A DNA stretch of 64,000 nucleotides. Origin: Candidatus Eiseniibacteriota bacterium. Its GTDB lineage: Bacteria > Eisenbacteria > RBG-16-71-46. A program made the position numbers and the translations under genes. Positions 47,877 through 59,032 of this stretch are shown in pieces; position 1 is the stretch's first letter, and each line of letters starts with the position of its first letter. The notes under the pieces were generated by a model that saw only the letters and a program-made list of their open reading frames with translations, ran no database searches and was not told the origin of the DNA. The stretch lies in assembly GCA_963776245.1 (NCBI GenBank), contig CAVZLN010000004.1, positions 192,001 to 256,000 on the forward strand. Direction: 5' to 3'.

Positions 47877-49612
47877 GTGCCCGCCGACGACGCTCCGCGA
47901 CTCATCGGCCGCGCGGTCCTTGCGCGCGGCCGATGGATGTTCGACCCCTCCCGCCGCTGGCGCGGGGGGGCGCCGCGAGCTGATATGGACGGGCCGCCAT
48001 GCCCCCGAGGACGGGGACTTCTGCATCGCCGAGGTCCCTGACGACGGGCCGGCCGAGCTGGTCGAGGTGCTCGGCGCCGACGACCGGCCGGCCTGGGACG
48101 ATGACGCGGTGGCGTCCCAGTTCCGCCTGCGCCGACGTTTCCCGCGCGCCGCCCAGGCCGAGGCCGAGGGGCACCACGAGCCGGGGGCGCACGAGCGCCG
48201 CGGCCGGCTCGACCTGCGCGAGCAGCTGGTGTTCACCATCGACCCCGAGGACGCCCGCGACCACGACGACGCGCTCTCGGTGCGCGACCTGGGGCACGGG
48301 CGCACGAGGTCGGCATCCACATCGCCGACGTCTCGCACTACGTCGCGTCCCGGTTCGGCGCTCGACGCCGAGGCGCCGCTGCGCGGCACGTCGTGCTACC
48401 TGCCGGGCGGGGTGGTGCCGATGCTGCCGGAGCGGCTGTCGGGCGACCTGTGCTCGCTGCGGCCCGACCACGACCGGCTGGCGCTCTCGGTGATCGCCGA
48501 GCTCGACGCGGCCGGCGGACTGCACGGTTACCGCTTCGCGGAGACCGTGATCCGCAGCCGTCATCGCCTGCACTACGGGCAGGTCCAGCAGGCCCTCGAC
48601 GGCGCCCGCGACCTTCCCAGCGCCGTCCTCGACGCGCTCGCGACCCTGATCGGGCTCGCCCGGGCCCTGCGCGACCGCCGGCTGGAGGCCGGCGCGCTGG
48701 CGCTCGACGTGCCCGAGGTGAAGGCGTGGGTGGACGAACACGGGAACACGCTGCGCATCGAGCGCCGTCCGCACCTCGAGAGCCACGAGCTGATCGAGGA
48801 GTTCATGCTGCTCGCCAATCGCTGCGTCGGCGAGGAGGGCGCGCGGCGCGGCGGCGGTCTGCTCTATCGCGTCCACGAGCCGCCGGGCGCCGCGCAAGCT
48901 CGCGGAGCTCGACGCCATGCTCCGCACCCTCGGGCTGCCGCGGCCCGGGGTGGTCGACGACCCGGCGCGCGCGCTCCAGGCGCTGCTCGCCGTGTCGCTG
49001 GACGAGGCCCATCGCCGCCTGGTGCACCGCCTGGTGCTGCGCTCGCTCTCGCGCGCCCGCTACCTCGAGACCGACCGGGTGCATTTCGGCCTCGCGACGC
49101 GCGAGTACTGTCACTTCACCTCGCCCATCCGGCGGTACCCCGACCTGCACAACCACCGGCGCGTGCGCGAGTGGATCCAGGGACGGCGGAACGACGCCTG
49201 GGACCCGCTCGAGCTCGCCGCGCTCGCGGCCGGATGCAGCGGCACCGAGCAGGTCGCCACCGATGCCGAGCGCGAGGCGGTCCGGGTCAAGGGGCTGCGC
49301 CATCTCGAGACGAGACTCGGGGAGCGCGCTTCGGGTATCATCTCCGGGTTCGTCGCCATGGGGTTCTTCGTCGAACTCGAGGACGTGCCGGTCGAAGGTT
49401 TCGTGCGGCCGTCGACGTGGCTCGACGATCGATTCGATCTCGATGCATCGGGTGTGCGCATGGTGGGCCGTCGCTCACGTCGCCGCTTCACGCTCGGCGA
49501 CCAGGTGGTGGTGGTCATCGCCCGGGTGGACGTGCCGGCGCGCGAGTGCGACCTCGCGCTGGAGGAACCGCAGCGGCGGCATCGCCGCCGTCGCCACGGG
49601 AGGGGTGGATGA
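47877..49612 (+). CDS. rnr: Ribonuclease R / RNase II family exoribonuclease; frameshifts, start approximate
   Basis: FTIDPEDARDHDDA, YLPGGVVPMLPERLS, IEEFMLLAN, HFGLA, HFTSPIRRYPDL, C-terminal S1 domain. Confidence 0.85.
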
Positions 49613-50112
49613 CACAGAAGAAGGCGGCGCGGCGCTCCGAGCGCCGGCGCGCTCCGCGCGCCGACGCACGGCTCAGCATGCGGGTGGATCATTCGCTGAG
49701 CGATGCCGCCCAGATCGTCACCGAGAGCCAGAACATCTCGGCGAGCGGGATCTACTGCCAGTGCAGCGAGTACTTCGCGCCAGCGTCCAAGGTCGCCCTC
49801 ACGATCGTGCTTCCCAAACTGCCGGGCACCCGCGCCGCGAAGGAGCTCATCAAGGTCGAGGGCATCGTGGTGCGCTGCGAGCAGTCGAGCGTGCGCAAGA
49901 CGGAGCGCCACTACGAGCTCGCGTGCATGTTCTGCGAGCTCGACGAGAAGCTGCGGCGGCGTCTCGAGGACTTCGTGACGTGGCGCAACCTGCAGTCCCT
50001 GCGTGCCGCTGCCGGCGCGATCGCGGCCCCGCGCCGCCCGGCCCGCAAGCGCACGCCCACCGCCGGCACGCGCGCGGCCAAGACCGCGACGCGCCGCCGC
50101 ACGGTGCACTGA
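49609..50112 (+). CDS. PilZ domain protein
   Basis: ERRRAPR (RxxxR) and NISASG (D/NxSxxG) c-di-GMP-binding motifs; GIVVR. Confidence 0.82.
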   Translation: MTQKKAARRSERRRAPRADARLSMRVDHSLSDAAQIVTESQNISASGIYCQCSEYFAPASKVALTIVLPKLPGTRAAKELIKVEGIVVRCEQSSVRKTERHYELACMFCELDEKLRRRLEDFVTWRNLQSLRAAAGAIAAPRRPARKRTPTAGTRAAKTATRRRTVH

Positions 50113-50191
50113 TCCCGCCGTGTCGCGCGTCGTCGCGGGCCGGCCGGCACCGGCGGCTCGCGACGGAGCGCCACGTCTCCGGTTCCCGCGC

Positions 50192-51535
50192 ATGAACGTC
50201 CCGCAGCCCCTCGTGGTGTCGCCCGGGCCTCCGCTGGCCGGGGAGTTCACCCCGCCGGGGGACAAGTCCATCACGCACCGCGCCATCCTGTTCGGCCTGC
50301 TGGCCGATGGCGAGACCGTGATCGACGGCCCCAATCCGGGCGCGGACTGCCTCTCGAGTCTGGCGTGCGCGGAGGCCCTCGGCGCGATCCCGCGCGTCGA
50401 ACCCGGACGGTTCACCGTGCGCGGCGGCGCCGGCGCGCTGCGCGAGCCCGCGGGGGTGCTCGACTGCGGGAACTCGGGGACCACGCTGCGCCTGCTCGCG
50501 GGCATGATCGCGAGCCAGCCGCTGTTCGCGGTGCTGGCGGGCGACGGATCGCTGAACCGACGGCCGGTCGCGCGGGTGGTGGATCCGCTGCGCCGCATGG
50601 GCGCCACGCTCACCGCGCGCGGTGGCGATCGGCTCCCGCCGCTCGCGATCCGCGGGGGCGCGCTCGCGCCCATCCAGATCGACCTCGCGGTGGCCAGCGC
50701 GCAGGTCGCGACCTGCCTGCTGCTGGCCGGGCTCTCGACCCGCGGCACCACATCGGTCGCGCTGCCGGGGCCGGCGCGCGACCACACCGAGCGCATGCTG
50801 CCCGCGTTCGGCGTGCCGGTCGAGAGCACGCCGAACCCGGGCGCGGGGCCGCGGCTCGCGGTGCGCGGGCCGGTGGTCCCGCGCGCGACGCGACTGCGGG
50901 TGCCGGGCGACTTCTCCGCCGCCGCGTTCTTCCTCGCCGCCGCCGCGGGCACGCCCGGCGCGCGGGTGACCGCGCGCGGCGTGAGCCTCAATCCCACGCG
51001 CACCGGACTGCTCGACGTGCTCGCGGCGATGGGGGCGCGGGTGGACATCGTGGCGCAGGGCGAGCAGGCGGGCGAGCCGGTGGGGGACATCACGATCGTG
51101 GGACCCGACGCGCTGCGCGCGTTCGACGTGCCGGCCGGATGGGTGCCGCGGCTCATCGACGAGGTCCCGGCGTGGGCGGTGGCCGCGAGCGCGGCACGTG
51201 GCGTGTCCCGTCTGGAGGGCGCGGCCGAACTGCGCGTCAAGGAGTCCGACCGCCTCGCGGCGCTGGCGCGCGGCCTCGAGGGTCTCGGCGTGCGATGCAC
51301 CGAACATCCCGAGGGGCTCGCGATCGAGGGCGGGCCGGTCGCGGGTGGCACGGTCGACGCGCTCGGCGATCACCGCATCGCGATGGCCTTCGCGGTCCTC
51401 GCCAGTCGCGCCACCGGCCCGGTCACGATCGACGACGCGGCGTGCATCTCCACCTCGTATCCCGGCTTCGGTGTCACCTTCGTGGGACTCGGCGGGCGTG
51501 TGCGCTGGACGGGCCTGGACCGGACGTCGGGATGA
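50192..51535 (+). CDS. aroA: 3-phosphoshikimate 1-carboxyvinyltransferase (class II-like)
   Basis: PGDKSITHR, DCGNSGTTLRL, RDHTERML, NPTRTG, IDEVP, KESDR, DHRIAM. Confidence 0.93.
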   Translation: MNVPQPLVVSPGPPLAGEFTPPGDKSITHRAILFGLLADGETVIDGPNPGADCLSSLACAEALGAIPRVEPGRFTVRGGAGALREPAGVLDCGNSGTTLRLLAGMIASQPLFAVLAGDGSLNRRPVARVVDPLRRMGATLTARGGDRLPPLAIRGGALAPIQIDLAVASAQVATCLLLAGLSTRGTTSVALPGPARDHTERMLPAFGVPVESTPNPGAGPRLAVRGPVVPRATRLRVPGDFSAAAFFLAAAAGTPGARVTARGVSLNPTRTGLLDVLAAMGARVDIVAQGEQAGEPVGDITIVGPDALRAFDVPAGWVPRLIDEVPAWAVAASAARGVSRLEGAAELRVKESDRLAALARGLEGLGVRCTEHPEGLAIEGGPVAGGTVDALGDHRIAMAFAVLASRATGPVTIDDAACISTSYPGFGVTFVGLGGRVRWTGLDRTSG

Positions 51536-52296
51536 GATTCGTCGTGACCATCGACGGCCCCGCCGGGGCCGGCAAGAGCACCACGGCGCGCGCGGCGGCC
51601 GCCCGGCTCGGATTCCTCTACGTGGACACGGGCGCGCTCTACCGGGCGCTGGCGCTCAAGGCGCTCGATCAGGGCATCCGCGCGGACGACTCGGCAGGGC
51701 TCGAGCGGCTGCTGGACGGGTCGCGCCTCGATCTGGCGGGGGCCCCCGACGCGACCCACGTGTGGCTCGACGGCGAGGACGTGTCCGCGCGCATCCGCAC
51801 CCCCGAGGTGAGCGAGATGTCATCCCGGCTCGCCGCACGCCCCGAGGTGCGTCATCGGCTGGTCGCGGTGCAGCGCGCGCTCCAGGAGCGCGGACCGCTG
51901 GTGGGCGAGGGGCGCGACCTCGGCACGGTGGTGTTCCCGGACGCCGAGGTGAAGATCTACCTCGACGCCACCGTGGACGAGCGCGCCCGGCGGCGCCACC
52001 GCGAGCTGCTGGCCCGCGGCATCGCGGTCACCCTCGAGCAAGTGCGCGAGGAGCTCGACCAGCGGGACGGCCGCGACCGCGGCCGGGCCGACAGCCCCCT
52101 GCGCGCGGCCGCGGGCTCGGTCGCCATCGACACCACCGGCATGGACATCGCGGCCCAGGTGGAAGCGGTGCTGGAGGTCGTCCGGCGGCACCCGCTGTGG
52201 GGGGGCCTGGGCGGGCCGGCGGGCCCAGGCGCGCTCCCCGGGCGCCCCGAGGACCCCGGGGCGGAGCGTCCCGGGGGGCCCTTGGAGATTCCATGA
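51532..52296 (+). CDS. cmk: Cytidylate kinase
   Basis: IDGPAGAGKST, VDTGALYR, EGRDLGTVVFPDA. Confidence 0.93.
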   Translation: MRFVVTIDGPAGAGKSTTARAAAARLGFLYVDTGALYRALALKALDQGIRADDSAGLERLLDGSRLDLAGAPDATHVWLDGEDVSARIRTPEVSEMSSRLAARPEVRHRLVAVQRALQERGPLVGEGRDLGTVVFPDAEVKIYLDATVDERARRRHRELLARGIAVTLEQVREELDQRDGRDRGRADSPLRAAAGSVAIDTTGMDIAAQVEAVLEVVRRHPLWGGLGGPAGPGALPGRPEDPGAERPGGPLEIP

Positions 52297-52958
52297 GCCT
52301 GCACTATAGTGCGTCCCGGCTTGTCCTGGGTGCCGTGTTCCGAGTGCTCACGGGATGGAGGATCGTCGGTCGCGAGCAGGTGCCGCGGACCGGGGGCCTC
52401 ATCGTGGCGTCGAACCACGTGTCGTACTGGGACCCTCCGCTCATCGGGGCCGCGCTGCCGCGCGAGATCAGTTTCCTGGCGAAGGAAGAGCTGTTCCGGA
52501 CCCCGCTCCTGGGAGCGGTGATCCGAGCGTACAACGCCATCCCGATCCGGCGCGGCGTCGCCGACCTGTCGGGGATGGCGAGGGCGATCGAGGTCTTGAA
52601 GCAGGGCGGTGCCCTGCTGATGTTCCCCGAGGGGACCCGGAGGCGCGACGGGGATCTGCATCCCGCGCGGCCGGGAGTGGGGATGCTCGCGGTGAATGCC
52701 GAAGTGCCCATCCTGCCGGTCTTCATCGCCGGCAGCGGGCATCCCGGGAAGTGGCTGTACCGGGGCTCGCGCGTGCGCCTGTCGTTCGGCGCTCCGCGGT
52801 CCTGGCAGGACCTGGCCGGTCCGGACGTGGATCCCGTGCCCGGACGCGCCCTCTACCAGCGGGTGGGGGAAGGCGTCATGCGCGAGCTCGCGGCCCTGCA
52901 GGCGGGTCCTTCGACATCGGCTTCAGCGGGGCGGTCACAGCCGCTCCCACATTCATAG
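52293..52958 (+). CDS. plsC: 1-acyl-sn-glycerol-3-phosphate acyltransferase
   Basis: NHVSYWD, FLAKEELF, FPEGTR. Confidence 0.88.
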   Translation: MSLHYSASRLVLGAVFRVLTGWRIVGREQVPRTGGLIVASNHVSYWDPPLIGAALPREISFLAKEELFRTPLLGAVIRAYNAIPIRRGVADLSGMARAIEVLKQGGALLMFPEGTRRRDGDLHPARPGVGMLAVNAEVPILPVFIAGSGHPGKWLYRGSRVRLSFGAPRSWQDLAGPDVDPVPGRALYQRVGEGVMRELAALQAGPSTSASAGRSQPLPHS

Positions 52959-52980
52959 TTGACGAGGAGGCTGCACCCAC

Positions 52981-54789
<1,809 letters not shown>

Positions 54790-54820
54790 CGCCCGGACGT
54801 CGCCGGGCGGCAGGATCGAG

Positions 54821-54848
54821 ACGGGCGGTCCCGCGCGGGACCGCCCGT
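54821..54848 (+). terminator. Perfect 12-bp hairpin after rpsA
   Basis: ACGGGCGGTCCC-gcgc-GGGACCGCCCGT; weak U-tract. Confidence 0.6.
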
Positions 54849-54885
54849 TGTCGCGCGAGGCCCGGCGCCGTATGCTCCGCGCTCC

Positions 54886-55758
54886 ATGCTGAGCGCCCCT
54901 TCCGCCATCCTGTTCGCCCTCGTGCTGGTCGCCCCGGGCCCGGCCGCGTCGTTGCGCGAGCTGCTCGAACGCACCCCGCCCGACAGCCTGATCGGCCCCT
55001 TGCGCCGCCTCGAAGCCCGAAGCCCGCACGGCGACGAGGCGGGCGAGGCCGCGTACGCGCTCGGCCAGCTCCACTATGTGCGTGGCGAGTACGTGCGCGC
55101 CGCGGATGCGTTCGCCCGCGCCGCCGCGCACCTCGAGCCGGCTCGCAAGGGCGGGGCGCGCTACTGGTCCGGGCTGGCATGGCTCGGCGCCGGCGACCCG
55201 ACCCGGGCCCGCGCCGCGCTCGAGGAGGTGGCGCGCTCGGACGCGGCGCTCCGCGGACTCGCGCGGCTCGGCGTCGCGCTGTCCTGGGAGGCTTCGAAGC
55301 GGCCCGAGGAAGCGCTGAGCGCGCTCGAGCGGCTGGTGGATGACCGGCCGGGCGAGGCGGCACCGGCGGCGCTCGCTCACCTCGAGACACTCGCCACCCG
55401 CCTGCGTCGCGACGCGGTGGCGAGACGCGCGCACGAGCGCCTGCTGCGCGAATGGCCCGGCAGCCTCGAAGCGGCGAGCGCGCGCGCCGTGCTCGACCCG
55501 GCCGGGACGACGGCCCCCGCAACCGGCGTGGTGGGCGTCGAGGTCGGTGCGTTCGCCGATGTCGGCCGCGCTCGCGCGCTCGCCGAGGCCGCCCGGCGCG
55601 CCGGATTCGCGGAGGCGCAGGTGGTCGCGCGCGGCGCTGGCCCGGCTCTCCTGCACCACGTCCGCGTGGGAGAATTCCCGAGCGCGGTCGTGGCGCAGCG
55701 CGCGGGCGAGCGCGCCGCGCAGGCCCTCGGCGTCCGGTTCCAGCTGGTGAAGCCGTGA
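54886..55758 (+). CDS. Exported TPR + SPOR domain protein
   Basis: Signal peptide, TPR-like helices, VEVGAFAD..HHVRVGEFPS SPOR motif. Confidence 0.75.
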   Translation: MLSAPSAILFALVLVAPGPAASLRELLERTPPDSLIGPLRRLEARSPHGDEAGEAAYALGQLHYVRGEYVRAADAFARAAAHLEPARKGGARYWSGLAWLGAGDPTRARAALEEVARSDAALRGLARLGVALSWEASKRPEEALSALERLVDDRPGEAAPAALAHLETLATRLRRDAVARRAHERLLREWPGSLEAASARAVLDPAGTTAPATGVVGVEVGAFADVGRARALAEAARRAGFAEAQVVARGAGPALLHHVRVGEFPSAVVAQRAGERAAQALGVRFQLVKP

Positions 55759-58388
55759 CCGCTCCGCCGAGTGTGCGCGCCGCGGCGGCCACCCCGGTCA
55801 TGCGCCAGTACCTGGACGCCAAACGGGAGCATCCGGACGCGTTCCTGTTCTTCCGCCTCGGCGACTTCTACGAGATGTTCCTCGCGGATGCGATCCGCGC
55901 CGCGGGCCTGCTCGGGCTCACGCTCACGTCGCGGAACAAGCAGGACCCCGAGCCCATCCCGATGTGTGGGATCCCTTGGCATCAGCGCGATGCCTACGTC
56001 GCGCGCCTGCTGCGTCTCGGGCACAAGGTCGCGATCTGCGAGCAGCTCGAGGATCCGTCCCAGGCGAAGGGCATCGTGCAGCGCGGTGTCACCGAGGTGC
56101 TCACCCCGGGCTCGGTGACGGGCGAGAGCTTCCTCGATCCGGCGGCGAACAACTTCCTCGCCGCGCTCTGGCCCACCGTGGACTCGCTCGGGGTGTGCCT
56201 CGCGGACGCCTCGACCGGCGAGGTGAAGCTGGCCGAGACCGGCTGGGCCGATGCCCCGGGCCTGCTCTCGCGGCTGCGCGTGTCGGAGTGGGTCGTGCCG
56301 GGAGCGGACGGCCTCGACGCCGCGCTCGCCGACCGGCTCGACGCCGCGCGCCGGGGGCTCCCCGGTGCCCTGAGCCTGGTGCGCAGCGACCGCTTCGAGG
56401 ACGAGGCGCGGGTCACTGCCCGCTGGCCTGCAGCCGCGGCCGTGCTGTCCGCGCTCCCGGCGGCGCGCGCCGCGGCGGCCGGGGCGCTCGAATACCTCGA
56501 CCGCATGCAGGGCGCCGAGGCGCTGCGCGGCGCGCGCGTCGAGCGCTGGGCGGAGGACGAGACCTTGCGCTACGACGCCGCCACCGCGCGCCACCTCGAG
56601 CTTTTCGATCCCCAGCCGGGCGGCGAGCCGCGTCACACCCTGTGGCATCACCTCGACCTCACCGCCACCGCGCCCGGCGCGCGCCGTCTGCGCGCATGGC
56701 TGGAGCGCCCGCTGGCCGCGCCCGCGCCGCTGGCCGAGCGCCAGGCCGCGGTCGCGACGTGGCTCGAGGCCGCCGCGGCGCGGGCGCACTTCCGCGAGGC
56801 GATGCGCGGCCTGCCCGACCTCGAGCGCCTCGTCGCGCGCCTGCTCGCGGCACGGGCGACGCCACGGGAACTGGGCGCGCTGCGCGACACGCTGCAGCGG
56901 CTGCCGGCGCTGAGCGAAGCGCTCGCGGCGCTCGGGGACGCGCTCCCGGCCGCTCGCGGCGCGGCGCTCGCCGTGGACGCGGCGCTCGCCGCGCGGCTCG
57001 CCGCGGCGCTCGTGGACGAGCCGCCCCCGGTCTCGAACGCGGGCGGCGTGATCCGCGTGCGCTACGACGAGCATCGTGACCATCTCCACGAGCGGTCGCG
57101 CTCCGGCAAGCGTTGGATCGCGGAGCTCGAGGCGAGCGAGCGCGCGCGGACCGGCATCCCGAGTCTCAAGGTGGGGTTCAACCGGGTGTTCGGCTACTAC
57201 CTCGAGGTCACGCGCGCCCACGCCGACAAGGTGCCGGCCGACTACGAGCGGCGCCAGACCCTGACCACCGCCGAGCGCTACGTCACGCCCGAGCTCAAGG
57301 CCAAGGAGAGCGAGGTGCTGAGCGCCGAGGACAAACTCCAGGCGCGCGAGCACGAGCTGTTCGTGGCGCTGCGAGAATGGTGCGCCGGTTTCGCCGGGCC
57401 GCTTCAGAGGGCCGCCGAGGCGCTCGGCGCGCTCGACGCTGAGTCCACGCTCGCCGAGGTGGCGTCGCGCTACGGCTGGACCCGCCCCGAGCTCGACGAC
57501 AGCGACCGCCTGGTGCTCGAGGACGCGCGCCACCCGGTGGTGGAGCGTCTCATCCCGCGCGGGGAGTTCGTGCCGAATGGCATCACGCTCGACGCGGCGC
57601 AGCGCCAGATCCTGCTGCTCACCGGTCCCAACATGGGCGGCAAGAGCACCTACCTGCGCCAGGTGGCGCTCGTCGTGCTGCTGGCCCAGAGCGGTTCGTG
57701 GGTGCCGGCCGCGCGCGCCGTGATCGGCCGCGTCGATCGCTTGTTCACCCGCGTCGGCGCCTCCGACCGCCTCGGCGCCGGGCAGAGCACGTTCATGGTG
57801 GAGATGCAGGAGACCGCCGACATCCTGCGCTCGGCGACCCCGCGTTCGCTGGTGCTGCTCGACGAGATCGGCCGCGGCACCGCCACGTACGACGGCCTGG
57901 CGCTGGCGTGGGCGGTGACCGAACACCTGCACGATGCCGCGGGCCCGCGGCCGCGCACCCTGTTCGCCACCCACTACCACGAGCTGACCCAGCTCGCCGA
58001 GCGCCTGCCGCGGCTCGTGAACGTGCACGTGACCGTCAAGGAGCGCGGAGACACGGTGGTGTTCCTGCACCGCATCGCCGAGGGCGCCGCCGACCGTTCG
58101 TACGGCATCCACGTGGCGCGCCTCGCCGGCCTGCCGCTGAGCGTGATCGAGCGCGCCCGGGAGGTGCTCGAGGAACTGGAGAGCGAGCGCACCGTGGAGC
58201 AGCTCGAGACCCACGCGAGGGGCCGGCGCGCAAAACGCGACGAGAGCCAACTCGGCCTGTTCGCCGCCACTCCCGCAGCGCATCCCGCCGCCGATGCGCT
58301 CAAGGCACTCGACGTGGAGACGCTCACCCCGCTCGAGGCGCTCAACCTGCTCGCGAGATGGAAGCGCGAGTGGGGGAGCACGGGGTAG
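55755..58388 (+). CDS. mutS: DNA mismatch repair protein MutS
   Basis: TPVMRQY, GDFYEMF, TGPNMGGKSTYLRQ, STFMVEM, DEIGRGT, SYGIHVARLAG. Confidence 0.96.
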   Translation: MTAPPSVRAAAATPVMRQYLDAKREHPDAFLFFRLGDFYEMFLADAIRAAGLLGLTLTSRNKQDPEPIPMCGIPWHQRDAYVARLLRLGHKVAICEQLEDPSQAKGIVQRGVTEVLTPGSVTGESFLDPAANNFLAALWPTVDSLGVCLADASTGEVKLAETGWADAPGLLSRLRVSEWVVPGADGLDAALADRLDAARRGLPGALSLVRSDRFEDEARVTARWPAAAAVLSALPAARAAAAGALEYLDRMQGAEALRGARVERWAEDETLRYDAATARHLELFDPQPGGEPRHTLWHHLDLTATAPGARRLRAWLERPLAAPAPLAERQAAVATWLEAAAARAHFREAMRGLPDLERLVARLLAARATPRELGALRDTLQRLPALSEALAALGDALPAARGAALAVDAALAARLAAALVDEPPPVSNAGGVIRVRYDEHRDHLHERSRSGKRWIAELEASERARTGIPSLKVGFNRVFGYYLEVTRAHADKVPADYERRQTLTTAERYVTPELKAKESEVLSAEDKLQAREHELFVALREWCAGFAGPLQRAAEALGALDAESTLAEVASRYGWTRPELDDSDRLVLEDARHPVVERLIPRGEFVPNGITLDAAQRQILLLTGPNMGGKSTYLRQVALVVLLAQSGSWVPAARAVIGRVDRLFTRVGASDRLGAGQSTFMVEMQETADILRSATPRSLVLLDEIGRGTATYDGLALAWAVTEHLHDAAGPRPRTLFATHYHELTQLAERLPRLVNVHVTVKERGDTVVFLHRIAEGAADRSYGIHVARLAGLPLSVIERAREVLEELESERTVEQLETHARGRRAKRDESQLGLFAATPAAHPAADALKALDVETLTPLEALNLLARWKREWGSTG

Positions 58389-58396
58389 GTAGCCCA

Positions 58397-59032
58397 ATGC
58401 GCTTGTCGGGTCTTGGCCCGGTGTTCGTGCTGGTCGTGGCCACGGGACTTTCCGGGTGCTCGAATCCGGGGGACCAGCGGTTCCGCGCGTCGGTTGGACC
58501 GGTTCTGAAGCAATGTGCCGGACTCAATTCCCAATTGAGCGTGGGCGAGCAGTGGGGCGAGGATCTCCAGCGCGAGGCGATACGAGCCGATGCGGCCATC
58601 CGACGCTTTCGTGCGGCCATTGGGACATTACCCCGTCCGAGTGAAAGGCAGCTTAGATACCTGGAATTCAGGCTCCTTGCTATCTACGGGAGTGCCAAGA
58701 ACCTGCTCGCGGCAAGGGTGGCTGCGGTTGACGCTCAATACAACGCGCGATTCCCCGGACTGGCCCCCGGGAATCGGAGAATCGCGGTGGCCCAGCTGAG
58801 CGAGTGTATGCGACAGCTGTCCGAGACCACAGCACAGCACGGCAGGGCGATCAGCTACTTGATAGCGGCCGAGCACGTCGTACTGGGGACGCACATTGTG
58901 CGTGATGCTCTGGAGGCGGCGTACCCGGGAGGCGGTCAGGACCAGCCAGGGCAGCGTGCCAAACGGCACGTCAGCACCAGCGTGGAAGCCGAACGCCTCG
59001 TACGCTCGGAGATCGCAGCAATGCGCTGGTGA
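58397..59032 (+). CDS. Hypothetical lipoprotein, lower GC
   Basis: MRLSGLGPVFVLVVATGLSGC lipobox; atypical codon usage. Confidence 0.5.
   Translation: MRLSGLGPVFVLVVATGLSGCSNPGDQRFRASVGPVLKQCAGLNSQLSVGEQWGEDLQREAIRADAAIRRFRAAIGTLPRPSERQLRYLEFRLLAIYGSAKNLLAARVAAVDAQYNARFPGLAPGNRRIAVAQLSECMRQLSETTAQHGRAISYLIAAEHVVLGTHIVRDALEAAYPGGGQDQPGQRAKRHVSTSVEAERLVRSEIAAMRW

Noticed and set aside
47920..50112. RNase R-PilZ fusion ORF
   Set aside because: RNase R continues in another frame after ~48890 and stops at 49612; PilZ starts at 49609
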